This document shows positions 30,058 through 39,110 of a DNA stretch of 64,000 nt, one piece after another. A program made the position numbers and the translations under genes. Origin of the DNA: a virus (lineage: Duplodnaviria > Caudoviricetes); the IMG/VR virus record IMGVR_UViG_3300027286_000002, one strand, 5' to 3'. How positions within the stretch are numbered: the first letter of the stretch is position 1; every line of letters begins with the position of its first letter. A model generated the notes under the pieces. It did no database searches. It had not been told where the DNA came from and saw nothing but the letters and a program-made list of their open reading frames with translations.

Positions 30058-30774
30058 ATGTCAAGAGGAAGATTAGCACCTAGTCTTAATGCTAGATCTA
30101 AAGGTCTAGTAGATATGTCTTTAAAAAATGATTTACTTAGAGCAATGGATCAAATTGAAGTAGCTGGTGCTAGTAATGTCACTACTGCCTATAATAATCC
30201 CAAATCTATGTTTACTGTTAAAGTTGGATCTTCTTTCCGATCTATCACTATTAAAACTACTAAAACTTTAGCTGATGAAAATAATAGAGATTTAACAAGA
30301 TGGATTTTTGATCCAAATGACTATGCAGATACACTACCTGTTAATCCATTAGACACTAAACTTCCATCGGATACTGATGTTCTTTATATCCGTGTTCGTG
30401 GAAAATATAGACATAACCAACAATGGTCTGATTATGGACCCATCATTTGTGTTCCACCATTTGATTTCTTTACTACTGCTCATCCTGTCTTTACCTTTAC
30501 AGGTACTGCACCTGCTTTAGCTGATGAACCTGATGTAATGGATTTTGGTACAATGAATATTCATTTACCTTATTTCTCACATACCATTAGTGTTTTGAAT
30601 TTAGATGATACAGATTCAAGTTATGTTGCTTTTCACCCGGGCATGAATCCTACCATCATTAGACCTTATGGTGAAATTGGTTTAACAGGTGGTGGAGCAC
30701 CCGAACTGTTTATTGCAGGTGCAGGTGATGAAATTAGATTTACTGTTAGAATGGTTTTAGTAAATCATTCTTAA
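30058..30774 (+). CDS. Putative virion structural protein
   Basis: Beta-rich ORF next to the paralog pair. Function inferred from context only. Confidence 0.5.
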   Translation: MSRGRLAPSLNARSKGLVDMSLKNDLLRAMDQIEVAGASNVTTAYNNPKSMFTVKVGSSFRSITIKTTKTLADENNRDLTRWIFDPNDYADTLPVNPLDTKLPSDTDVLYIRVRGKYRHNQQWSDYGPIICVPPFDFFTTAHPVFTFTGTAPALADEPDVMDFGTMNIHLPYFSHTISVLNLDDTDSSYVAFHPGMNPTIIRPYGEIGLTGGGAPELFIAGAGDEIRFTVRMVLVNHS

Positions 30775-30830
30775 TAAACATTTAATAATTATTCTTTAAT
30801 AAGAAAGATTATACAAAAGGAGATACCGAA

Positions 30831-31511
30831 ATGCCTTATGTGCTACCAAGAAGAACTGACTTGCAAGATGGTGCAATTCAAATCAAAGATTTGTTTTTCA
30901 ATAAATCTCAATATAAACCTGCTACTGAACCTTATCCACAGGGTCCTCTTTATGTTCGTGCATCTGATTTAAACATGAAAGGTCATACTGCACCTATCAT
31001 TGTATCTAATGGTGATGAAAGATCATTTCTTAGAGATACTCATGGCTTACTCGCTTATGTTCTCGTTTATGTAGATAATGATGCTACTGCTTTGACAAAA
31101 GCACAAGCTATTGCTGTTGTTGAAGCTATTCAACAAGAAGTTATTGATGGCAATGCTCTTGATGATATTGAAGCTATTGTTGAAAATATCAATGGTGATT
31201 ACACTTTCAATGGCAGTACAGAAGATGTTCTTCGTATTTTAGCAGGTGATAAGTTTGAATTTAATGCAGGTGTTAAATTCCAAGATGACAATGGTGATTA
31301 TGTTGTACCTATGGGTGTAGGTAGTTTTTCTACACCTAATGATAGAAAACTTATCAATGGCGATACTACTTGGGAAACTAGCCTTTCTGAAGGTGAACTT
31401 TACCAATATTCTACTAATGTGAAAACCTATGCAGGTAAAACACAATTAGATTCAGCTGATAATGAAATCCCTTTAATCATCGTTTACCAAAACGATGGAA
31501 CTTTAGCTTAA
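30831..31511 (+). CDS. Putative virion protein, paralog of 31539
   Basis: RTD...I-x-DL..N-x-SQY-x-P...P-x-PQGP-x-Y shared N-terminus. IxxYxNxGT shared C-terminus. Confidence 0.6.
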   Translation: MPYVLPRRTDLQDGAIQIKDLFFNKSQYKPATEPYPQGPLYVRASDLNMKGHTAPIIVSNGDERSFLRDTHGLLAYVLVYVDNDATALTKAQAIAVVEAIQQEVIDGNALDDIEAIVENINGDYTFNGSTEDVLRILAGDKFEFNAGVKFQDDNGDYVVPMGVGSFSTPNDRKLINGDTTWETSLSEGELYQYSTNVKTYAGKTQLDSADNEIPLIIVYQNDGTLA

Positions 31512-31538
31512 TCCTTTAATGGATATGGAGTAAAAATT

Positions 31539-32237
31539 ATGTTTATTACTTTGAAAAGAACTGACATTCCTAATGGAACTTTGCTAATCCGTGACTTGTG
31601 GCCCAACCAATCACAATATAATCCTGTGATTGATCCTCTTCCACAGGGTCCTTTCTATCTTAGCAATCCTTCTAATAACACTGTTGCTACTAAATCTAAT
31701 GGTGATCAAAGAACTATTAGTAAAACCACTACAGGTTTAAGTGCTTATCTTATTGCTACTATTGAAGGTGATGTTGTTGCACCTGATAATTTAGCTATGA
31801 CTGCCACTGAAGCTAATAACTCTGCTAATGCTATTATTGCTCGTATGCAAGCTGGTAATGGTCTTACTGTTGCTGAAGTGAATGTTATTCTCAAAGCACA
31901 AATTGCAGGTGCTGAAAATAGAGGTATTGGCGAAGGCAATTCTACAGGTAGATTAGTAGATATTCTTGCTATCCTTGCAGGTGCTACCTTTACTTTGCCT
32001 GCAGGTCATGAAGTTCAAGACAATACTCAAAACTTTGTAGGTATTCCTGCTAATGATATTGATAGCTTTTTCTCAGGCGATAAATACCAAAGAATTTTGA
32101 CAAGTGATTTGGCTGTTTCTTCTGCTGAAGGTGCTTTGTCTGTTATGCTTTCTGATGCTTTCACTTACAAAGGTGTTCAATCACAAGCTGTTGTTATTTA
32201 TAATAATAATGGTACTGTGTATGATCCACAAGCCTAA
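31539..32237 (+). CDS. Putative virion protein, paralog of 30831
   Basis: As above. Confidence 0.6.
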   Translation: MFITLKRTDIPNGTLLIRDLWPNQSQYNPVIDPLPQGPFYLSNPSNNTVATKSNGDQRTISKTTTGLSAYLIATIEGDVVAPDNLAMTATEANNSANAIIARMQAGNGLTVAEVNVILKAQIAGAENRGIGEGNSTGRLVDILAILAGATFTLPAGHEVQDNTQNFVGIPANDIDSFFSGDKYQRILTSDLAVSSAEGALSVMLSDAFTYKGVQSQAVVIYNNNGTVYDPQA

Positions 32238-32270
32238 TATTTAAAGAATAAGTTATAAAGGAAATAACTG

Positions 32271-32480
32271 ATGAAATTAAATTTAGAGGATAAGAAAGTT
32301 ATCCAAGCATTCTTTAATAAGAAACAGTTTGAATCTAGATGTTTTACTACAGATGGATTCAAATTAAATGCCACATGGGGCGAACAGGTTGCCGAATGGT
32401 TAGATAATCAAATTGTCTATAACACAGAAAGCAAAAAAACTAAACAAATCTTAGATCAAGTGAAAAGCCTTTTAAAATGA
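32271..32480 (+). CDS. Hypothetical protein
   Basis: ORF with SD AAAGGA. Confidence 0.55.
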   Translation: MKLNLEDKKVIQAFFNKKQFESRCFTTDGFKLNATWGEQVAEWLDNQIVYNTESKKTKQILDQVKSLLK

Positions 32481-32713
32481 CTTATAGAACTTCTGATTTG
32501 TACTTTGCATCTTTTCTTAAAGCTAAAGGTGTTATTCTACAATCCACTGAAAAAGATGATTTTAAAATCTCTTTTCTTTTTCAAGACAATGGTTCTATTA
32601 AAGATCTTAAAAAAGAATATTTTAACAGGCAAGCTACTATCACTGCTTTGGATTTTGTTGATGAAATTAGATCTATGAAGTCATTAACATATATGTCTAA
32701 AAAGGAATCTTAA
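32477..32713 (+). CDS. Small phage protein, DUF5659-like
   Basis: YRTSDLYFASFLKAKG pattern, recalled from memory. Confidence 0.5.
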   Translation: MTYRTSDLYFASFLKAKGVILQSTEKDDFKISFLFQDNGSIKDLKKEYFNRQATITALDFVDEIRSMKSLTYMSKKES

Positions 32714-32714
32714 C

Positions 32715-33044
32715 ATGGCTATTTATCCAAATGATGTATATGCACATAATGTTTTTTTCACATCACCTGAAGGTATTCCTATTGTCATTGCAGATGCTAT
32801 CTACACTCTTTATCGTTTTAATGATGATAACACAATAGAGAAACTTATCACTAATCAAGCGATGGATTTACTTGATGAAGATGAACCATCTAGCTGGACA
32901 GCCTTTATTACCATTCCTAGTGATACAGCAGGTCAAACTCTATATATTAAAGTAGAAGGTACTAACCTTGATGATGAACGAATTGTAAAAGAAACTACTA
33001 TCAATATAGATGCTATTAAAGGTATGCGAATTAGTTTTGTTTAA
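32715..33044 (+). CDS. Single Ig-like domain protein
   Basis: Beta-sandwich pattern similar to 34613 and to the N-terminus of 39111. Confidence 0.45.
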   Translation: MAIYPNDVYAHNVFFTSPEGIPIVIADAIYTLYRFNDDNTIEKLITNQAMDLLDEDEPSSWTAFITIPSDTAGQTLYIKVEGTNLDDERIVKETTINIDAIKGMRISFV

Positions 33045-33072
33045 TTGTGCATAGCACATAAGAGTTTTACAG

Positions 33073-33912
33073 ATGTTTGAAAATGCAAGAGAACTAGACC
33101 AATTTTATACAAATTTAGAGTGTGCTAAAAACTTTTTCAATATCATCCAAAGTAAATTAGATTTAGTTTCATTTGATTACATTATTGAGCCAAGTGTTGG
33201 GAATGGTGCTTTTTATCACCTATTTGACCATACAAAAAGAATCGCAATTGATATAGATCCTAAAATTGATGGTGCAATCAAAATGGATTTCTTAAAATGG
33301 AATTGTTTACTAAAAGGCAATATCATCACAATTGGAAATCCACCTTTTGGTAAAAATTCAAATCTAGCAGTAGATTTTTTCAATCACTCAGCAACATTTA
33401 GTAATGTGATAGCATTCATATTGCCTAAAACTTTTAGAAAAAACTCTTTTGTTAAGAAGCTAGATAAAAACTTTCATCTTATATATGATGAAGATGTACC
33501 AAAAAATAGCTTTATATTCAATAACAAATCTTATGATGTTTCTTGTTGCTTTCAGATATGGCAAAGACAAATAAACCAAAGACAAAATACCAAAGGATTA
33601 GATGTTTCAAAAGCAAATAGTTATTTTGATTTTGTTGAGCCAAAAGATTGTGATTTTATAGTGCAAAGAGTTGGTGTAAAGGCAGGTCAAATTATCATAG
33701 ATCAAAAAGACAAGTACACAACAAAAAACTTTTTCTATATCAAATCTAAGCATGAAACAACATTAAGCATATTTCAAAATATAGATTTTAATAAAGTAAA
33801 ACACAATACAGTAGGCTATCCTAGTGTCAGTAAAAAAGAATTAGTAGAACTGTTTTTGCAAGAACTAGATTTACTAGGCTTTTTTGAATTTCTTCCAAAA
33901 AAGTTTAAATAG
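33073..33912 (+). CDS. Amino (likely N6-adenine) DNA methyltransferase
   Basis: DQFYT, motif I IEPSVGNGAF, motif IV IGNPPFG, IAFILP. Confidence 0.85.
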   Translation: MFENARELDQFYTNLECAKNFFNIIQSKLDLVSFDYIIEPSVGNGAFYHLFDHTKRIAIDIDPKIDGAIKMDFLKWNCLLKGNIITIGNPPFGKNSNLAVDFFNHSATFSNVIAFILPKTFRKNSFVKKLDKNFHLIYDEDVPKNSFIFNNKSYDVSCCFQIWQRQINQRQNTKGLDVSKANSYFDFVEPKDCDFIVQRVGVKAGQIIIDQKDKYTTKNFFYIKSKHETTLSIFQNIDFNKVKHNTVGYPSVSKKELVELFLQELDLLGFFEFLPKKFK

Positions 33913-33966
33913 CTTGGTAATATGATTTGCACAATTAAGTGCAATCCACACAAGAGAGTAAAAACT

Positions 33967-34416
33967 ATGGGTTCTATTATTAGAAGAGGTTCTCGCAAGA
34001 AAAGAAAAAGTCCACCACCTTATGAAGTTTTCAAACGAGTTCCCTTATTGCAAAAGATTCTTTCTAAATACCTTGACGAAGAACAAATCAAAGAATTTGA
34101 AGAATTTTCTCATGTCAAATCTAAAGAATTGTTAGATAAAACACTAACAGGTAAATTTAAGTTTTCTTACACAGAATTTCAAGATGGCTCATTCCGTCTT
34201 AAAATCTCTGCAAGTAAAAAATCAGGACTCATCAGAAATGATTCCATATGCACAGAATCATTTATTGATAAGCAAACTTTAGTTTTTGATACCTGTTCTG
34301 TTGATAATCCTTTAAATTTTAATAAAGCTATTGCAAAGCATTTAAAGAAAGATATTAAGGCTTTCTTTAAAACTTTTAAACAATCTTATATTCCTCCTTG
34401 TTGTGAAGAAGATTAA
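33967..34416 (+). CDS. Hypothetical protein
   Basis: ORF. Start taken at MGSIIRRG. Confidence 0.55.
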   Translation: MGSIIRRGSRKKRKSPPPYEVFKRVPLLQKILSKYLDEEQIKEFEEFSHVKSKELLDKTLTGKFKFSYTEFQDGSFRLKISASKKSGLIRNDSICTESFIDKQTLVFDTCSVDNPLNFNKAIAKHLKKDIKAFFKTFKQSYIPPCCEED

Positions 34417-34417
34417 T

Positions 34418-34567
34418 ATGTTATTCACACAAGCTGTTAAAGATTTGATGGATAAGAAAGCGATCAATAAAGAAGGTCTTACTAAAGATGAACTTGCTTT
34501 ATTATGGGATATAGGTTTTGCTCTTGGATACATTAAAGAAAGCAAAGAAGAATTTCTTTCTAAATGA
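34418..34567 (+). CDS. Small hypothetical protein (49 aa, below the track cut-off)
   Basis: MLFTQAVKDLMDKKAINKEGLTKDELALLWDIGFALGYIKESKEEFLSK fills the gap between co-oriented genes. Confidence 0.45.
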   Translation: MLFTQAVKDLMDKKAINKEGLTKDELALLWDIGFALGYIKESKEEFLSK

Positions 34568-34612
34568 TTTATTTTGATCTGCATATATAGAATCAATAAA
34601 AGAGAGCATATA

Positions 34613-34915
34613 ATGGCAGTCATATTTAAACAAAGCGATACACCTACAAAATTTGATTTAAGAATATATATCAGAGATGATAGAGATAGGTTATTTGATC
34701 CATATCGAATTACTTATGCTTTTTATGACATGAAGAAAAATAGAGTAGGTATGGCAGAAAGAACACCTATTAAAGAAAGCACAGGATATTACTTTGTAGG
34801 TGAAAAATTGAATACAGGATTTTTAAGAGGTGGATATTATGTAGAATGGTCTATCCAAAGAGATTCTACTGCACCAATAGAAATAGCAAGACAGGAATTT
34901 GCTATTGTAGGCTAA
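34613..34915 (+). CDS. Ig-like domain protein, paralog of the N-terminal domain of 39111
   Basis: MAVIFKQS...DL-x-I...ITYA...R-x-P...G-x-Y...G-x-Y...W-x-I...QEF aligns with MSVAFKRS...QEF. Confidence 0.7.
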   Translation: MAVIFKQSDTPTKFDLRIYIRDDRDRLFDPYRITYAFYDMKKNRVGMAERTPIKESTGYYFVGEKLNTGFLRGGYYVEWSIQRDSTAPIEIARQEFAIVG

Positions 34916-35568
34916 TAATCATTTGGATCTGGATCAATTACATAAATTACTTCCATATTTACCAAAAAATCCATAGTGTTTAAACTCCAACTCACATCTT
35001 TTACTGCAATACTATAAGAATCTAAATATTGATGAACATCAACATCATCAGTATCAATACCAACAAGAAAATCTAAAGAAATACCCGCATCTTTCATTAA
35101 AAACTCTTCAACAACCTTTTCATCATAGTGAATGTTTGAACTTTTAATTCCTTGCTTTACAAACATTGCTACTGCATTTAAATATGATCCTGCTTTAAGA
35201 TCTTTTAATACCTCTTTAGCAAGAATCTTATGTGCAAAAAATTGAGGTTCTTCTGAATTGAGATGATCTGCTAATACTTTAGCTACAGATTCAAGTGCCA
35301 CTTGAATAGATAAAGATACTCGTATCTCATGTGAATAAATATCTTCTTCTTGTTTTAAAACTTTAACTTGATACTCACCATCAGCTGATTGAATGATGCC
35401 ATGAAAAACATTTGTAAGACCATCTACAATCGCACCAGATACTTGATCTTTTGCTTGGTTAGATAATTCTTTCAAATTGAACATAACACTTGGGAATGCA
35501 AGTAGTGATCCATTACCTGCTTGCTTTTGCATATAGATAGATGCAATTTTTTTACTTAAATATTTCAT
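34912..35568 (-). CDS. Tandem-duplicated hypothetical protein, copy 1
   Basis: Long near-identical DNA stretches shared with 35694..36419. N-terminus KKIASIYMQKQAG. Confidence 0.75.
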   Translation of the reverse strand: MKYLSKKIASIYMQKQAGNGSLLAFPSVMFNLKELSNQAKDQVSGAIVDGLTNVFHGIIQSADGEYQVKVLKQEEDIYSHEIRVSLSIQVALESVAKVLADHLNSEEPQFFAHKILAKEVLKDLKAGSYLNAVAMFVKQGIKSSNIHYDEKVVEEFLMKDAGISLDFLVGIDTDDVDVHQYLDSYSIAVKDVSWSLNTMDFLVNMEVIYVIDPDPNDY

Positions 35569-35642
35569 TTTTAATCTTCACTTTCGTTGTCGGATTAAGG
35601 AATCTTTTATCAATCACGATTTTATTAATAAACTATAAAAGA

Positions 35643-35696
35643 ATGATACCCTACCACCTTCACCTATACCTATTATGATGCTTTAGTTGTAGGCTA
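35643..35696 (+). pseudogene. Frameshifted relic of the 5' end of the thermonuclease gene
   Basis: TACCCTACCACCTTCACCT-ATACCTATTATGATG vs TACCTTGCCACCATCACCTTATACATATTATGCTG at ~36521. Joined to TTGTAGGCTAATAATCATT, also found at ~34905. Confidence 0.6.
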
Positions 35697-36419
35697 ATAA
35701 TCATTCAAATACTGATTACCATCAAGTATAAAACCTACTTCCATAGCTACCAAAAAGTCCATAGTATTTAAACTCCAACTCACATCTTTTACTGCAACAC
35801 TAGAGTACTCTAAATATTGACTACCTTCCATACTATTCATGCCAAGAAAATCTAAATCAAGATTTTCAATCCAACTTAAAAACTCTTCTACATGATCTGT
35901 AGCATAGCGAATGTTTGAACTTTTAATTTCTTGCTTTACAAACATTGCTACTGCATTTAAATATGATCCTGCTTTAAGATCTTTTAATACCTCTTTAGTA
36001 AGAATCTTATGTGCAAAAAATTGATGTACTTCTGAATTGAGATGTTTTGCCAATTCTTCAGCTACAAATTCAAGTTCTACTTGAATAGATAAAGATAATT
36101 TTTTTCCATTTGCACCATAAATCTCATGTGCTTCAAAACCTGTATCACTGTAATACTTACCTTGATTTCTCATCGGAATATCACCTTCAAGTGTTTCTTG
36201 TTTTAAAACTTTAACTTCATACTCACCACCACTTGCTTGAATGATGCCATGAAAAATATTTGCAAGACCATCTACAATCGCATCAGATACTTGATCTTTT
36301 GCTTGGTTAGATAATTCTTTCAAATTGAACATAACACTTGGGAATGCAAGTAGTGATCCACTGCCTGCTTGTTTTTGCATCATATATACAGATGCAATCT
36401 TTTTACTTAAATTTCTCAT
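35694..36419 (-). CDS. Tandem-duplicated hypothetical protein, copy 2 (with loop insertion)
   Basis: Paralog of 34912 with an extra TLEGDIPMRNQGKYYSDTGFEA... segment. Confidence 0.75.
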   Translation of the reverse strand: MRNLSKKIASVYMMQKQAGSGSLLAFPSVMFNLKELSNQAKDQVSDAIVDGLANIFHGIIQASGGEYEVKVLKQETLEGDIPMRNQGKYYSDTGFEAHEIYGANGKKLSLSIQVELEFVAEELAKHLNSEVHQFFAHKILTKEVLKDLKAGSYLNAVAMFVKQEIKSSNIRYATDHVEEFLSWIENLDLDFLGMNSMEGSQYLEYSSVAVKDVSWSLNTMDFLVAMEVGFILDGNQYLNDY

Positions 36420-36503
36420 TTTGAAAACCTTTCGTTTCTTTCATTCTTTAATAACATATTTATAAATACTTTATTGCATGAACATAAAAAAGGACAAAAG
36501 AAA

Positions 36504-36935
36504 ATGGCTAAAAAGAAAGCTACCTTGCCACCATCACCTTATACATATTATGCTGATGTTTTAGAAGTATATGATGGTGATACTCTTACTGTTATTATCG
36601 ATCTAGGTTTTAGTTTAACCATTAAAACTAAAGTTCGTCTTATGGGTATTGACACTGCTGAAATGAAATCAGAAGATCCTGAAGTTAAGAAATTAGCTGT
36701 GGCATCAAGAGATTTTATCCGTGAACAAGTACTTGATAAAAAAGTGTTATTAAAAAGCCACAAGCCTGATAAATATGGTCGTGCTTTAGCTGATGTATGG
36801 TCTTTAAATGATGATTGGACACCAGCACCTAAGACACTTAGTGAAATGATGATTGAAAAAGGTTTTGCCAAATCCTATGATGGTGGCACTAAAGATCAAT
36901 TTACTGTGGAAGATACGAAAGGACTTGAAAAATGA
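36504..36935 (+). CDS. Thermonuclease (SNase) family nuclease
   Basis: VYDGDTL, VRLMGIDTAE, DKYGRALA, GFA. Confidence 0.92.
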   Translation: MAKKKATLPPSPYTYYADVLEVYDGDTLTVIIDLGFSLTIKTKVRLMGIDTAEMKSEDPEVKKLAVASRDFIREQVLDKKVLLKSHKPDKYGRALADVWSLNDDWTPAPKTLSEMMIEKGFAKSYDGGTKDQFTVEDTKGLEK

Positions 36936-37249
36936 ATAGACCATCTGCTCTTAGAGTAGCATCACAATATTTAAAAGCTACTACATTTTATAAGAAACGA
37001 TTTAGTATGGATGAACTTGCTATGGCTTTAGCAGGTTACGATGATGATATTAAAAGACAATATCGTTTACAATTAATCAATGATGCTATCTTTGAGAAAA
37101 ATCGTAAAGATCCTATTTTGACTTTTGCTCAAAATGGTTTTTCTAATCCTGCTAATGGTGAACCACCTGAAGAAATTAAAAAACAAATTCGTCATGCTTT
37201 ATATAAAGCTGGTTTTGATAAAAAATTAGTTTCCGATTGGTTTAAATAA
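36932..37249 (+). CDS. Hypothetical protein with N-terminal RVASQY motif
   Basis: ALRVASQYLKA. ATGA coupling to the nuclease gene. Confidence 0.6.
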   Translation: MNRPSALRVASQYLKATTFYKKRFSMDELAMALAGYDDDIKRQYRLQLINDAIFEKNRKDPILTFAQNGFSNPANGEPPEEIKKQIRHALYKAGFDKKLVSDWFK

Positions 37250-37261
37250 TCTTTCAAAGAA

Positions 37262-37771
37262 ATGGAAAACATTATGTCACATCGTATTGCTCAACTTAAA
37301 CATAGACTCGCTCGTCTTGAAAAAAAAACTTTTTTCGATTTCTTTAAAGAAGAACAAGATATTTTCCAAGAAGAAATCGAAAAAAGTATACCTTCTCTTA
37401 AACTTATGTATGAAGGACAAAGAAGAGGAAATACTCTCAAATATGAGTTAGTACTAAAAAATAACCATCCTCTAGCACTATATCCTACACATAAATGGTC
37501 TCTTCTTATTGACCTTTTTCCTGATAATGAAGAAGATACAATCCAAATGTCTATTCTTGTAAGTCCTTATGAATGGAATGCTCGTAAAGATATGCTACTT
37601 AACTTATCCAAAAAACTATACCTTTGGGATGAAACTACTTCTGATGATCGTGCAAGTATTAAAGCAAGTATTAAAGATTTTATATCTTTCTTAAAAAACA
37701 ATCATCCAAAAATGGTAGAAATGGGTCTCAATACAGGTACTATTCCTGCAGATGAAAGTAAATTAAACTAA
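37262..37771 (+). CDS. Hypothetical protein with N-terminal RIA/RLA motif
   Basis: HRIAQLKHRLARLEKK. Confidence 0.6.
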   Translation: MENIMSHRIAQLKHRLARLEKKTFFDFFKEEQDIFQEEIEKSIPSLKLMYEGQRRGNTLKYELVLKNNHPLALYPTHKWSLLIDLFPDNEEDTIQMSILVSPYEWNARKDMLLNLSKKLYLWDETTSDDRASIKASIKDFISFLKNNHPKMVEMGLNTGTIPADESKLN

Positions 37772-37822
37772 ACCTTTATCGCTAGTACCTCCACTACCTT
37801 ATTATATACTGTCATCCTATAT

Positions 37823-39028
37823 TTAGATACAAACCCAAAATAGTTTACAGCCTACAGGATCACCTGATCCATTTGTTGCTTTAAGTCTAGCTTTGAAATT
37901 CACACCCGGGTTAATCTCATAAGTAACAGGTGGTGTATTAATATCTACTGATGATGGTGCAAACACATTCAGAATTATTAGATTTGTTCCAATTATAAAA
38001 GCACCTGCTACTGTAAAAGTGATTTCACCATTATTTAAACCATCAGGTATAGTAAAGTCTTGTGATCCATAATAATGAACACCTACAGTACCATCACCAT
38101 TAAACACACCTAAAAGACCATTAAAGATATAATTATCTAAAGTAACATTTGCACCTTTAATAATAACTTTACCATCACTTGCACCACCTCCACCTGTTGC
38201 TGGATCTAAAGTAATATTTCCACTTGTCCTGCCTGCCCCAATACCTGCTCCTGATGTGATATTTACATCACCACCATTTGAAGAACCTATAAAATTACCT
38301 ACACCACCACCTGTGATATTAATATGACCACCTGTTGCCACAACATTATCAATTACAAGACCACCTGTTAAATTTACATTCCCACCTTCTTTATTCCCAC
38401 TCCATACGGGACCACCTGTAATCTCTACATTACCACCATCATCAGTATCACTATCACCACCTATAATAGATACTTTACCTGCTGTGCCTGTACTTCCTCT
38501 ATTACCATAAATATATACACCACCACCATTTACTTCACCTTCACCTGCACGGATTTCTACACCACCACCATTACCATTAAGAGATGCACCTGCATTTAAT
38601 TCCAAAGCACCACCTACTTGACCTGCACCATTTGAAGTACCTGCTTTAATTAAAATGTCAGTACCTGTAAAATCTAAAGCACCTTGAGGATCATAAGGAC
38701 CCGAAATCTCATATAGACCATTTTGGAAAGTGACATCTAAATGATTTGAAATACCATCTTCATCAGTTGAGGTATAATTTAAATCACCATGCTCAAAAAA
38801 GGTTTGAATTAAACCTTGATCAATAAATGATCTGATTGCACCTGATTCATAGCTATATTGTACTTGTTCTGTAAACAATATTGTTACTGCACCATTTTTA
38901 GGTATATATTGATATGGCTTACGATTATTTACTCTACCATTCTGATCTTTACCATCATGAATGTCATTTAAATATATAGATGAGTTTGAGCCAACATTGA
39001 TTACTTTAAGAGATAGGCTATTTGCCAT
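37823..39028 (-). CDS. Gly-rich repeat protein, putative fibre/decoration protein
   Basis: Repeated GG-x-V-x-I-x-(G/T/S)-G units. Confidence 0.55.
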   Translation of the reverse strand: MANSLSLKVINVGSNSSIYLNDIHDGKDQNGRVNNRKPYQYIPKNGAVTILFTEQVQYSYESGAIRSFIDQGLIQTFFEHGDLNYTSTDEDGISNHLDVTFQNGLYEISGPYDPQGALDFTGTDILIKAGTSNGAGQVGGALELNAGASLNGNGGGVEIRAGEGEVNGGGVYIYGNRGSTGTAGKVSIIGGDSDTDDGGNVEITGGPVWSGNKEGGNVNLTGGLVIDNVVATGGHINITGGGVGNFIGSSNGGDVNITSGAGIGAGRTSGNITLDPATGGGGASDGKVIIKGANVTLDNYIFNGLLGVFNGDGTVGVHYYGSQDFTIPDGLNNGEITFTVAGAFIIGTNLIILNVFAPSSVDINTPPVTYEINPGVNFKARLKATNGSGDPVGCKLFWVCI

Positions 39029-39110
39029 GATTTCAAATCCTTTGAAAAAATACTTATTTTATATTTAGACTCTTTAATAAATTGAAAATCACAAACAAGG
39101 TACTGATAAA

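Noticed and set aside
34912-36419. Diversity-generating retroelement TR/VR pair
   Set aside because: Both copies are full ORFs, mismatches run in both directions and include indels rather than being adenine-specific, and there is no reverse transcriptase in the window.
4890-39100. Late-promoter consensus TTAATAA upstream of structural genes
   Set aside because: Seen several times, but too likely by chance in very AT-rich intergenic DNA to support without statistics.
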